Below are positions 40,691 through 53,504 of a stretch of DNA of 64,000 nt, piece after piece (the first letter of the stretch is position 1; every line of letters begins with the position of its first letter). Both the position numbers and the translations under genes were made by a program. Source of the stretch: Lama guanicoe (taxonomy: Eukaryota); assembly GCA_013239625.1 (NCBI GenBank), contig MU054323.1, positions 8,297,220 to 8,361,219 of the forward strand, read 5' to 3'. The notes under the pieces were generated by a model. It did no database searches and was not told the DNA's origin. It was given only the letters and a program-made list of their open reading frames with translations.

Positions 40691-41984
40691 TCCTCTAGAT
40701 TCTTGGTCCAGCTTTTCTTTCCCAGAGGAAGGGAGGAAGAGATTTTTGGTTCAGAGAGAGGAAGTGAGATGCTCAAGGTCATTAACAAGATAGTGGTGTA
40801 GCCAGAATTGGTTTCCAGATAGCCTCTTTCCCCACCTGCTCCCACACACCCACTCAGAGTAGAGGCCCAGCCTTCTCTGACTCTGATTTCAGATAAAAGC
40901 TGCTAATCTCTGAGGTTGAGTCACTCTGATGCTGGAAATTTCCCACATCTGCATCTGGACAAACACCAGGAGACTCACACGCCCACCCCTCAGTCGCCCA
41001 GCTGCAGGGGAGGGCCTTGTGGGTGGTGCCACACTCCTGAGGACGGGAGCTATGATGGAATTGACCTCTGTGGTCTTCTCTGGCCAAGTACTCTCCCAAA
41101 ATCCACATTTAGGGCATTTCCCATTCACAGAGCTCTCTCACCTCATGCTCTCGTTTGCTTGGTGAACAATTCTGTGATTTAGGTAAGGATTTAACACTCC
41201 CATTTTACAGATGACAAAACTAAAGAAAGGCCCAAGGTCCTGAGAGCCAGGACTGTTCCACATTCACCTCCGTATCTGTGTGCTGAGCAGATTACTGGCA
41301 TTTCCTTGGCGATGGATGGGCTGGACCAGGGCTGCAGCTCCACCCTAATATGTCTGGGCTCTGAGTGTCCCACACAGTGTGCCAGGCTGGTTCCCATGGA
41401 TTGGGGAGCCCCCAGGTGGACATGGCTCACAGAACCCATTAGCAGAAGGAGACAAGAAATCATGAATACTTTACCCACTTCACCATGTGCCCTGTGCAAA
41501 CTCTGCCCAGAGCCCTGGACTTAGGATTAAGAGCAGCAGAACACTCAGCCAACAACCCCTGCCCTTCAGCCGGAGGAGCCAAAGGCTTCCAGGGAAAAGG
41601 TCAAGCCTTTGACTCAGGGCAACTCCCTAAATCACCACTATTCCACAGTTCCTGTTCCCTGAAGAAGGAGCACATGACCAGTGGCTACAGCGGCAGGGAA
41701 AAGGCCCACATCCCAGGGCTTTCACTGGACCCAGCATCAGGCTTTGATAGGTACTGGCCTTCCAGATTGCCCAGGTCCAACTGGGGAGACTCAGGATGCT
41801 GCAGGGGCAGGGAGCCTGGCCTGGGCTATGCTGTGTTCTGTCCTCACATTTGTCATGAAAACTCTGGCCTCATTCCAGGCCAGCGAAAGTTCTAAGGAAG
41901 CTTTTGGCTGCCAGGAGGTACTAGACAGCTAGTGCCAGCTTCTCTCCACACGTAACAGACATGCCCAAGAATTAAGGATATGTT

Positions 41985-42180
41985 CAGTATTGAGTATCTA
42001 CTATGTGCTGCAAACGGCAAATCTCACAACCACCCTGTGAGGCAGGTACTGTTACTCTCATTTTGGTAGATGAGAAAGGTAAGACTCAGAGAGATTAAAT
42101 GTCTTGCCCAAAGTCACACAGCTAGTAAGGGGCAAAGCCCCACCCAGGACCCTCTGACTCTAAAGCACCAAGCACTTTCC
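41985..42180 (-). mobile_element. MIR SINE
   Basis: ctcacaaccaccctgtgaggcaggtact...agatgagaaa...actcagagagattaaatgtcttgcccaaagtcacacagctagtaag. Confidence 0.85.
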
Positions 42181-42299
42181 AGCACACACCCATGCCTGGA
42201 ATATATCTAGTCCAGCTTCCCCATAAAACGAGAATCACCTCAACATCTTCCCTGCCAGGTCACATAGCCTCGAATTACAGGACCCTTGCTCTCTGAGGC

Positions 42300-42600
42300 A
42301 GCCTCTTCCTTCACTGAGCAGCAGCTCTAATGAGCATATGGAGACATTGACCATATTCCTGCTATTGAGACAAGGACTGCTTCTGGTTCTGGCTGCGCCT
42401 TCTGAAGCCACAGGAAATTACTTTGCTCTTAAGGATTCAGGATGGTTCCCTACATGGACAAGTACATCTCAGTCTTCTCCATGTTAAATGTCCTATTCTT
42501 CCAACCACACCTCCATGGACAGTGCATCTGGACCTCTCACCAGCACAACTCCCTTCTCTGGAAGAGCTTCAGGTTCCTTCTGCCCCAGGAGCCTGATCTG
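42300..42600 (-). mobile_element. Probable L3/CR1 fragment (another at ~44440-44535)
   Basis: CR1-like segments: agtcttctccatgttaaatgtcc...tcccttctctggaagagcttcag; cattttgatgaaaatatcaaaaagaacaggaccc. Confidence 0.4.
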
Positions 42601-42757
42601 CCTTGTGTGGTCCAGCCATACACAGGCAGTGACCATCCCCTCCCTTGCTCTGGACGCTCCTACCAATGCAGGCTAAGAGTGCATCTGACTCATGGGCAGT
42701 ACCTCCTGCTGCTTTGCAGCCCAGCAAAACTCTCCTGGAGTTTGTCATGAGAACTAC

Positions 42758-43275
42758 TGTGGCAGACACCATTGGTACCTAATCAAGACCCATCCCTGCA
42801 CCTTCTGCCTTGATGGCAGGGGGCTGACGTTCCTCAGGTACTCACACTTCCCCAGCCCCAGGTCTAGGGACTAAGCCAATCACAGTAACCTCAAGCATCT
42901 TTCCAAAGATTGGATTAGGTATAAGTGTGCTCAATTCTGGTTAATAGTTTCTTCAGAGAAGTCTTCCAGGAGCTGTTGGGAGCTACTGGGAGAGCCTTTC
43001 TTAAAAGAAATCAGATGGGAGGAAATGCCACTCTACTTTGACTGGAACTTGCCAGGTCTGTGTGTGATGCCTGGAATAGTGGCAGCCATTTTGTGACCAT
43101 GAGAGAAGGCATTGTGGACACAGTGAGGATGGTTGAAAGAAGAGACTGAGAGCTTACTTGTCACTGGGACATTGAGCAGCCCCAGGAACCCCTGACCTCA
43201 CGCCCTCTTGTCATAGGAGACAGAAGGTAAAAGACCCAGGTCAGTTTTCCATTACTGGCAACTGAAAGCCCCACA
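42758..43275 (+). mobile_element. Old MaLR/ERVL solo LTR (MLT1J/K-like)
   Basis: tgtggcagacacc start, ctaagccaatca...gattgg, tgtgatgcctggaatagtggcagccattttgtgaccatgag, tccattactggcaactgaaagc end. Confidence 0.65.
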
Positions 43276-46089
43276 GCCCTCAGGCTCCTGCAACAGGATA
43301 ATTGCACAGTCTGAACCTGGTGGACCCCAAGGAAGAAATGGCTTTGTTTTTCCTGCCTTCCAGCCTTTAGCAACACTAGGTTGAGTCTCCCATTCCTGTC
43401 TCTCAAATAACAGCTGGGACCAATCCCAGAGCTTTGTGGTCACTCAGGCATAAGGAACTCCAGTCTAGTCCAGTTTAAAACTTTAATATCAAACCCATTT
43501 TAATGCTCGTATTCTCCCTGTTCCCAGAATAGACCATCCTTCAGCCAAAGAGACTTAGAAAGGGGAGGAAGCATGTTCTTCTCCCCCACCCCCACCTCCT
43601 ATTTCTGTCCATTCCATAGTCTCAGGGTGGGGAAGAGGAACTAAAAAGGCGATGGAAGCCCTCCATGTGACTTGGCTCCAGGCACTGGTTCTTTAGGGCC
43701 CCATGTGGGGTTTTTAGAAAGGGGCAACCCATGGGGCTCTAGCCCTTGGAGGTCCCCCCACAGCCTCCCCTGGCTTCCACAGCCTGCTCTGTTGGGTAGA
43801 ATACTGTAAAATTCCAAAAGTGGCCCGGCCACCTTCCAGTGTCCACTTGGCCCACAGGACACTCACACATCCTGGCCATGCGAGATACTGGGAGGGCAAA
43901 GAGCCCCCAGGGACCCTTGCCACGTCTCCCCAGTACTCTTCACCTTTGTTCAGATAGGCAGAGGATGGAGCAGTAAGTTCATTTCTAAGCAGATATCCAA
44001 GCTGAGAAGAAGATCCCATCTCCCTTTCTTGTAATTTCTATGCGTGATTCCTGGGAGTCTGCTACCCCGACCTGGCTAAGCCCGGGGAGGAAGGAACCAC
44101 AGAATTCTTCCCCCAGACTGACAACTCACAACTAATGTGATCCTCCCTCCCCTCTCTGATCTCCTGCTTATTTATGCAGGGCGGGGAGGACTGAGGACCT
44201 CTCTTTGCCCTTGACTGTGCATATGCCAGGTAACACATGCCAGGGTAAGAGAAATAGTCAGTGCCTGTTATGTACCTTCTGAGCCAGCTCTTTCCTGCAC
44301 TGCACGGAGCAGTTGCTTTTCTCAATGTCAGTGCAAGATCTCACTGACTTGGCACTGCTAGATCTCATCTGGTTGGTTCCAGGTTTTTGATGCTGTTCCA
44401 GGTATTGAAGCCTGGTTCCACTATTAAATCTACTCCTGCTCTCTCCCAGCTCCAAATCACCCACAGATTTGATAATCCAACTTTCCGTGCCATTATTCAG
44501 ACATTTTGATGAAAATATCAAAAAGAACAGGACCCATTAGAGGACTGTTAAATTGGGGTGTCATTTACTTCAACATGTTCTTGGTGAACTGCTACGGCTC
44601 CAGCTACTTACCACTTCTTTTTATCTGTGCTCTAAAATCGTCTGTTAATCAGTGTTCATAGGTGACTGGGCTCCAGTCCATAGCTCCCTAATCTCCCGCG
44701 ATGTCAGTGACCTGGGCTGGGGATTTGGGCTTGCTGAAAATAGCAGGTGCTTCCTCGCCTAGCTCAGCCTTCACCCTCTTCCCCCCCACCTCTTTTGGGT
44801 GTCTTCGTCTCCGTTTAGCTCAGCTCTGCCCAGCCGCACCCAGCCGCAGCTCCTGAGCTGAGCGCAGCCCATCTCATCTCCTTCCCAGCTGGCTCCTACT
44901 CAGCTCCTCTCTCTGGCAACTGGTCTGTTCCTGCAGGCAGGGGCGGGGGGGGGGGTCACTGGAGCATTCAGGTGACCCCAGGAGTCAAGATCTGCCACAG
45001 GAAATCGCTGACGTCCGGGACCCTTAGGTCAGCTGGGGCTGGGATGGGAGCTGAGAATATTTATTAAACAAGTGCCAGGAGCTGGGCTAGGGGTGTTACC
45101 TGATCCTCATCACAACAACAATCTCCATCTCCTGGGTGAGGAGAGGAGGTAAGGGAGGTCACATCATTTGCCTCAAGTCACCCAACCAAGCAGTAAGTGG
45201 CAGAACCAGGTTCTGCCCCCGAGGCTGTGGCTGTTTTCTCACCTTCCCAAGTTCCCTCCCAGGCAGTTAGGGACCTGGGTGCTGCTTCAGCAGCCTCTGG
45301 AAGGCGGGGTGAGCCTGAGCACAGCCCTTTCTGAGCCCCAGGGAAGGGAGCAGCAGGTTGAGGGCGGGTCGGGGGAGAGGCGGCTTCAGGCTGCAGGGAA
45401 ACGAGTCCAGTGTTCCCGAGACCTGAATGATTTGGGATTAATCTTCCAGCTCGGGCACCACAGATGCAATATGAATCTGCTGCCGCCCCGCCCCCTCCAG
45501 CCCATCATGGTGAACAGATGGGCAGACCCCTCCCTGGGGTCTAAGTAGGGCACTGCTGAGGCTGCCGGGAGGCAGGGAGGGAGCCGGTCAGCCGGAGAGG
45601 GAGAGCAGGGGCACACCCACCTGCGCTTCCCCTGCCCGGGCCCCCACCCCCCAAGGCAGCTGTGCTCTCTGCTGCCAACAGCGGGTGGGGCTGCACACGA
45701 GGCAGGCTCCGTCCCTGGAGCAGAGCCTGGATGAGCACGGTAGGGGATTCATGCACAGGTCTGGCAGTTCTTTCTAATTCAGAAGTCCTTAGCCTGAGAC
45801 CGCTGGACCTGATGAGGAGCAGGAACTTCCTTCTCGGGGCTCCAGCACAGTGCCCAGAGCACCCAGGCCCTGACCAAGCCCAGGCTTGGCCCTCCCATCA
45901 CCATGAGCACAGCGGGGTGGGTGGGCCAGGCCATGGGGTGCCGGAACAATGTGGAACCCTACAGACAGTGCTGTCAGAGCAGGAGGGAACTTAGGACCCA
46001 TGAGTCCTCTTCATGTCCCAGAAACGAACGCTGAGGCTCATCAAGGAGAGGGGACATGCACACAGGGAGTGGGTGACAGATCCAGGGCC

Positions 46090-46455
46090 TGCCAGCTTTA
46101 CTGTAACAGTGAGAATGTCACATGGGAATGACCCAGATGCCCGCCAGCAGGTTAAATGGGTAAACCAACTGGGTATTTCCATGCCGAGGACTAGTTACCA
46201 CCCAGCAACACGAAAGGATGAACCAGTGATGCGTGCAACGTGGAGGAGTCACAAACAATCACGCTGAGTGACAGAAGTCAGACAAAGAAGACCCACTGTA
46301 GGATTCCATTCATATAAAGGTCTGGAAAATGCAAACTGATCTAGAGAGACAGACAACAGATTGATGGCTCCAGCGCCAGGAGGGGCATTAAAAAGGGGCA
46401 CAGGAAAGGTTTGGGTCTTGACCTTGCTGATGTTTCACAGTATGTATGTACACAT
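46090..46455 (+). mobile_element. L1M 3'-UTR fragment
   Basis: acccagatgcccgccagcagg...ctgagtgacagaagtcagacaaag...gattccattcatataaagg...aaatgcaaactgatcta. Confidence 0.75.
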
Positions 46456-48703
46456 GCCGGGGAGGGGGCGGATGTGGGGTAGAGCTGGCCCTGACTGAGC
46501 CTGGAAGGAAGGCTGGGATGCAGCAAACAGCAACAGCACTGCAGAGGCAGGAACTTGAATGAAGGCTCAGACAAGGCAGTGCTCTCAGAAGAATCCAGAA
46601 CAATGGGAAGAGCCCATGGCTGCCTTGGAAAGAGGAGGATGTGGGGCAGAGGAGGGAAGCTCTGTGTTCATCTCCTTCACAATTACGTCTCTGGAGTCTC
46701 ACAGGTACCTACACTTAACAGGCATCAAAAAATGGTTGGAGTAGAATGGATATAGCTCAGTAGCTCGGCGTGGGGCTCGCCTTTCCCTGCCTTAGCCAGC
46801 AGAGGGCAGAACTAATCATTGCACAAGATTTGGCCAGAGTTAGAAGGAACCTCAAAGGCATCTCAACTTGCCTTGCTTCACCCGTCAGGAAACTGAGGCT
46901 TGAGAAGGACCAAGGAGAGAGTCATGGGAACCTGTGCTTTCAGCCACTCTGAACTGAGAGACTAAGATTCAGGGATAGGCCTGGACAGGCTGGCCCAGGG
47001 AGTCCTTGGCAGGGGGAGGGGTGTGCATGGGCAGAATGACGAGGGGCGCAGGCTCAGCCCATCCCCTCTCCTGTTCAGCCTGGGCCATGGTTCTGCTCTT
47101 CGCTTCGGGAGGGAATTGCCCCAGCTCATCTGCTCAGCCAGCAACCCTGAGATAGAGCCTCTGCAGTCCTTCAGTTGGCTCCCTCCCGACCATGCTTCTG
47201 GGATCACTCAGTGCTGACCTCAGCCCCTGCCCCAGGGCCCCTCACTCAGGATCCCCTAGACAGTGCGGAGGCAGCCCAGGCCTGCCAGGACTGACTCACC
47301 AGACCCAACCCTTGAGAATCTCCAGGTAGTGGGCCTGGGAGTCTGCATTTTTAACAGGAACCTTCTGGAAGCACTGTTTTGGAGAAAGAAAGAAAGACTA
47401 GGATCTGCTGATTTCAGTAAAGATCTCTCCTAGGTCTCTCTATGTTGGAGAAATGAAAACCTATTTCTACTATACTCTCTTAGGGCTAAAGTAAGCTGGG
47501 ATGTCCCCTTGGTGGAATCAAAAAGGAGCCCCTTCTGGGAAGCACAAACATCCCCACTGTGTGGGGGAAAGGATGCCCCTTCCTCCAAGCATCTCCACAG
47601 CTTGGGGAGCAGCTCAGCTGGGAAAGAGAGCTGGGAGGTTTTGATGCCCCTCCCACATGGTCTCATCTCACTCAGAGGCGTGTCCTCCCCTGACACAGTC
47701 GCCCTGCCTGCCTCCTACAAGCTAAGACCCACCTCTGCTGTGGAGAAAAGGTCCTTTGCCTGGAGTCTCTAAAAAGTACACATTAATAGCCCTACTGATT
47801 TCCAGCAGTTTCTCATGCTGGCTTTGTCCAAAAACTTCTTTAAAAGGCCATCCTCCCTTCTTATTCCATAGCGTTTACATTTTATAACATTTAAACAGAA
47901 CCGTTTTTCAGCAAAGATAGGCAGCACTTTCCTCGCATGTCCCCATAAAAAGTAAAATCTGGGAAACATCTACATTGGATGGCTCAGGGGCCTTCGGAGT
48001 CCAGCGATGATTAGCTCCATCTGTAAAATCGTTCGGACTACTGCTGCCTCAAGCTGGGGAACTCCTTCCTCCAAGAAGCCCTCTGGCCTCCCATCCGGGC
48101 TCAGAGCCATGGATATCAGTCCCCAGGAGAAGGTGTCCTCTGTAGAGGCAGCTGAATCCCCACTCTTTATACACATTCCAGCTACATTTTCTGAGCTCTC
48201 CTGATGTGTCGAGGGCAGAGACCACTAAGAGAACTATATATAATAGTTTATTTGCCAGATCAACCCTATAGGGTAGCTATGACTATTATACCCATTTTGC
48301 AGATGGGAAACAGAGGTTCACAGAGCTCAACAGAACTGCCCACCACTGATTCTCCAGCCCACGCCCTTCAGGGATCTCGGCCCCAGCCAAGGAGTCCCTA
48401 AACTGACAAGGAGTCTGAAGCCTTGCCCTAGGCCTGGGGTCCTGGCAACCTCTTAAGCAGGCCCCCCTGCCATAGTGGTTGGGGTCACTCGACTGCATCT
48501 TCCACTGTGTGACCCCAAGAGAAGCAGAGCTTTCAGTCCCTCTTTATGTTATTCTGCATCTCCCTGAATCACCCACCTTACAATGCCCAAGATACTCCTG
48601 GGGGGTTGTTTTTTGCTGTTAAAATTTCCTCAGGTGACTCACAGTCTTTTCTAAAAGCTAGGTGGGCCCCAGCCCCCGCATGTCTTTTTTAGCAGCAGGC
48701 GCA

Positions 48704-48722
48704 GCACGCCATCTAGTGGCCA
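48704..48722 (-). promoter_or_regulatory. Putative CTCF site (TGGCCACTAGATGGCGTGC on the minus strand)
   Basis: Close match to the CTCF core CCASYAGRKGGCRS, in unique sequence between KCNK3 and SLC35F6. Confidence 0.65.
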
Positions 48723-48959
48723 TGTGGTGAACCTCCTATTGGCCAACCTGCCGGAGCAGAGCCAGCATTCTGGGAGGCCCTTAGGTTGTCAGGCGGTCCA
48801 GCTGAAGTTCAGAGAAAGGAAGTGACCGGCCTGATGGCACACAGCAAGTTAGTGTTCAGTCTCCAGGACCGTAACCCAGCTCTTAGGCAGAAAATACTTA
48901 ATTTATCTCATATAAAACAAGTCTAGAGGCAGATAGTTCAGAGGCATGTAGGAACGCCA

Positions 48960-50730
48960 TGCTGGAACAAAAGGTGTGCATGTGTAACTTTGATAGATAT
49001 TACCCAGTTGCCCTCCTCAGAGATTCCACTGTCTTGATTTCTACCATCGGTGTATAAGGTATTTCCCGACAGCCTGGTCAGCATAATATTATCATACTTT
49101 GTTTAAAATTTCCCACTCAAATAGATTCACCTATAAATGGTATGTATTAGACTTTAATTTTTTATTTCTCCTATTATAAGTGAGGTTGAAAATCTTTTCA
49201 TAGGTCTAAGAGGTACTTCCTTTTCCGTGGATTATCTGGAAATTCATTGTCCATTTTCCTTTTGTGTTTCTGGTCTTGTCAGTATTGAATTTTTATTAAT
49301 ATCTTTATTAAGGTACAATTCACATACCATAAAGTCCACCCATATAAAGTGTACAGTTTGGTGGTTTTAGTCTATCCACAAGGTTGTGCAACCATCGCCA
49401 CAATTTAATTTTAAGACGTTTCATCTCCCCCACAAAAGGAAACCTAGGGCTCATTATTAGTCACTCTTCACCCAACCCCCATTCCCCCACCCCCTCCCCA
49501 GGCCTAGGCAACCACTAATCTCTTTCTCCATAGTTTTACCTATTCTGGACATTACTCATAAGTAAACTCATATGCTATGTAGTCCTTTGTGGTTGACTTC
49601 TTTCATTTAGTGTAATGTTTTCAAGGTTTGTCTGTGGCGTAGCACGCATCAGCACTTCATTCTTTTTCATTGCTGAATGATTGCTATTCCATTGTGTGAG
49701 TGTTTCTCATTTTGTTTATCCATTCTTCAGTTGCTGGGCATCTGGGTTGTTCACACTTTTGACTCTCATGAACAATACTGCTATAAATACTCACGTGTAA
49801 GTTTTTGGGTGGACGTGTGTTTTCATTTCTCTTTGGGAGATACCTCAGAGTGGATTGTTTTGTCTTATGGGAACACTATGCTTAACCTTTTGAGGAACCG
49901 CCTAACTGTTTTCCAAAGCAATGTACCATTTACATTCCCACCAGCAGTGTATGAGGTGGGATTTCTCTGTATCCCCTCCAACATCTGTTATTTTTCCACT
50001 GTTTTTATTATAGCTATCTTAGTAGGTGTGAAGTGGTACCTCACTGTGGTTTTCATTTGCATTTCTCTAATGGTTAAGCATGGTTGAGTGCCTTTCATGT
50101 GCTTATTAGCTGATTGTATATTCTTTTGGAGAAATGTCTAGGATATTGATTTTTGAGACCCGTATATGTCTAGGAAATTAGCCCTTTGTGACATGAATTG
50201 TAAATATTTTTCACAGATTGTCATATACCTTTGATCTTATTTATGCTTTTTTCCCCCAGTGCAAGGTTTTGTATCATACTCAGGCCTTCCTCACTCCAGA
50301 ACTATGATAATTTTTTAATGACTTTCCATGTTTTCTTCCAGCAATTTCATGGCTTAATTTTTTCCAGTCAAGTATTTTATCAAATTAGAGTTTATTTTGG
50401 TGTAGGCAAAAAGTAAGAATCCAAATCTTTTTTTCCAGATATCTACCCAATGTCCCAATACCACTCAAATAATCCCCACTGATTTAAAATGCTATGTTTT
50501 TATTTATTAAATTCCTACACACATTTGGGTATGTTTCTGGATTTCTTATTTGTTTCCATTTTCTTATCTATCTATTCATGTATTGGTACCATAAAGATTG
50601 CATGTTTAACATTTTTATTATGGAAATTTTCAAACATGCAGAAACTTAGAGAAAGCAGTATAAGGAGCCTCCATGGACCCCAAACCCAGTTTCAACAACC
50701 ATCATCTTTCTGCCATATTTGTCTCCTGTT
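48960..50730 (-). mobile_element. Cluster of L1M fragments: L1MB-like piece (~49295-50140) nested in an older L1ME, plus an L1MC-like 3' end (~50610-50730)
   Basis: T-rich antisense L1 segments: ccatttacattcccaccagcagtgtatgagg, gtgtgaagtggtacctcactgtggttttcatttgcatttctctaatg, caggcctaggcaaccactaatct. Confidence 0.85.
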
Positions 50731-50733
50731 TTT

Positions 50734-50777
<44 letters not shown>

Positions 50778-50785
50778 TTTTTTTC
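50729..50785. repeat. (TTTC)~11 tetranucleotide microsatellite plus poly-T
   Basis: Read directly. Confidence 0.95.
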
Positions 50786-50791
50786 TAGAGA

Positions 50792-51176
50792 TGTAATCTG
50801 CTCCAGCTGCCATAACAAAATACTATAGACGGGGGAGTTTAAGGTACAGACATTTATTTCTCACAGTTCAAGAGGCTGGGAAGTCCAAGATCAGGGTGCT
50901 GGCCAACCTGCTTCCTGGTGGGAATGCTCTTCTGGCTTACAGACTTCTCACTATGTCCTCACACAGGTTTTCCTTGGTGTGTGTGAGTGCAGAGAGACAG
51001 CCCCCGCTTTCTTTCCTAATTAGGCCACTAATCCTATGAAGAGGGTCCCGCCCTCTAACCTACTATAACCCTAATTACCTCCCAAAGCCTCCATCTTCCA
51101 ACACCCTCATGTTGGGGATTAGGCTTTCAACAAATGAATTTGGGGGGTGGACATAAACATTCAGGCCAGAGAAACA
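50792..51176 (-). mobile_element. MaLR solo LTR, MLT1A-like
   Basis: ctgccataacaaaatac...acatttatttctcacagtt..aggctgggaagtccaagatca...taattacctcccaaag...acataaacattcag. Confidence 0.85.
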
Positions 51177-51270
51177 TTTTCAAGTAAGTCGTTTCACATA
51201 TAATTTCTTCACTCTCCATCAGCTAAGGACTTTTTTTTTTTTTTTATAATCAAGGCACCTCTGTTACAAC

Positions 51271-51740
51271 TGTGTAGACAGAATAATGGCCCCCCTAAAG
51301 ATGTTCATGTCCTAATTCCCAAAACCTGTGAATATGCTGCCTTACGTGACAAAAGGGACTTTGCAGAGGTGATTAAATTAAAGCTCTTGAGATGGGAGAG
51401 TATCCTGGGTTATCCAGATGGGACCAACATAATCACAGGATTTTGTCTTTATGAGATGGAGACAAGAGGGGCAGATTCAGAGAAGGAGGTGTAACTATAG
51501 GAACAAAGATCAGAGTGACATGGGCCAGGAGCTACAGAAAACAGATGCCCCTAGAAGGGGGAAAAGGCAAGGAAATGGATCCTCCCTGAGAGCCTCCAGA
51601 AGGAACACAGTTCTTGATTTTAGTCCAGTGACTACATTTCAGATTTCTGTCCTCCAGAACAGAAAGATAATAAATCTTGTGTAGTTTTAAACCACTATGT
51701 TTGTAGCAATTTGTTACAACAGCAATAGGAACCTAATACA
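51271..51740 (+). mobile_element. MaLR solo LTR, MLT1D/C-like
   Basis: agaataatggcccc...aaagatgttcatgtcctaattccc...aaaagggactttgcagaggtgattaa...ataataaat...ttgttacaacagcaataggaacctaataca. Confidence 0.85.
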
Positions 51741-52408
51741 CCCCATAAAATGACCATTGACTCATTGTCAAGACCATGTTCAGTTTCTTCTGAATATTTC
51801 AAAAATATCTTTTTTCAGTTAGTTTGTTCCGAAGTTGTATTATTTTAAATGTAATTAAGCATTTATAGGGCCAGTCATTTGTTTATTACTATCCAATTAA
51901 GCTAAATTAATAAACACTGAATGCAAATAAATACATACATGAATAGCAAAGAAGTTCAATGCATAAGTCACCCACTACTGACCTGGGTGAGCTGCCTCCA
52001 TCCTGGGACTGGGCTTCCTAACCTGAAAAGCAAGAGAGTTGGATTAGATTACATGTTCCCTCTGGGGGAATCCATGTCTGGGCTTCATGGGATCTGGGCA
52101 AACCCTGAAACTGTGTGCAAAAGAGGGGAAGGTTCTCAACACTGTCTGCCTCAGAATCTCCTACAGATGCCCCCATCCTCAGCCCTAGTCAGAAGGGTGT
52201 TAAACACAGGGTTCCCAAGTGTGAGACCCACCTTCAAGGGGGCTGGTGTCAAAGTACAGACTTAACAGAGTCAGACAGGGAAAATACCACGCGCTTAAGG
52301 AACAGCACATTTAAAGAAGGACATTTGCATGAAACACACTGATTCAATGCAGCCACCGTCATGGTTCACCCTTTCAAAGTGAAGGCACTGAGCTGGGTGC
52401 CAGGCCAG

Positions 52409-52595
52409 CAGGGCTGCCAGTCTGAGCAAATGAAATACAGGATGCCCAGTGAAATTTAAATTTCTGATAGACAATGAATCACATCTTTTAGTATAAGTGT
52501 ATCAACAAACAATATTGGGGAAATACTAAAAAGTATGATTCATCATTTGTCTGAAATCAGATTTAACTAGGTGCCCATGCTTTATCTGGATCCTG
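52409..52595. mobile_element. MER53 palindromic hAT MITE
   Basis: cagggctgccag...aaatacaggatgcccagtgaaatttaaatttctgata ... tgtctgaaatcagatttaactaggtgccc...tttatctgga; the two halves are approximately reverse complements. Confidence 0.8.
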
Positions 52596-53055
52596 CTTCC
52601 TGAGGACCGAGCCAAAACCCAGCATCCAGGATCCAGGGACCTGCTCCAAGGCTAGTGATCAGCACTTATGGGAGGGGTGTTAGGAGCCAAAGAAGATGTT
52701 AAGACAGAAAGGCAAAGAGGGAAGCTTTGACAATGACCTTATGAGGGCCTGAAGCTGGAAAGAGCAGGTGCCGCCGAATCTAATCATCTCTGGTCACCAT
52801 AGAAACCAACTATCAAGTCAGCTGGAAAGAGCTGGTGAACATTTACCCCCTGTTCACCCGTATAGACCATCCACATTCCTTTCCCTGTTAGATCCCATCA
52901 GGCCTGGTTCTGTTATCTCAGTTTCTCCCCAAGGAGAGAGCTGAGATTTGACACTGCTCTCCTCCTCCCAAACCCCTTCCTCCTCTTTCCAGCCACAGGC
53001 TGCCCTGCAACACCCACCCTGTTGGGAGAAATAGGCATCTAGATACTCAGTCCTG

Positions 53056-53504
53056 TGTGAAAAGAAAACCAGAGCCAGACATCAGTTGCAGTGATAAAAA
53101 CAGATTCTATTCAGGACTATTCCAAAAGGGGGAAGAGACCTCAGGATAGAACAAGACTTGATTCCAGATACAGCTTGGGCAAGTGGGAATTTATGTAGCT
53201 AGCAGCAGGGTCGGCGGGGGAGGTCACTGGATGGAAAATTACTAAGAGAAAACATCAAGGGTGAGGGGGATTCTGGCTAAGCCGACTTAACCGGATTCTT
53301 GCTGAAGACAGGCCAGGGTAATCAGACATGCCCCGGGGGTGGTGGAGGATGAGAAACTGAACCAGACAGCCGCGATGATGAGATATGGAGGGTCAGAGCA
53401 TTCCTTCAATTGACTTAGCAGGGTTCTTCATAAAACTAGATTTTCTAAGAAAGTGCACTGATGGACCTAGGAGAAGGTTCGAGAGCCTGATTAAGGTTTG
53501 GTCA
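53056..53504 (-). mobile_element. ERV1-class solo LTR (MER67-like) with 4-bp TSD
   Basis: TG...CA termini flanked by a CCTG direct repeat (53052-53055 / 53505-53508); internal ggatggaaaattactaagag...ggattctggctaa. Family name is from recall. Confidence 0.7.

Noticed and set aside
49677..50087. 136-aa hydrophobic ORF
   Set aside because: Lies within antisense L1 sequence; a common spurious ORF.
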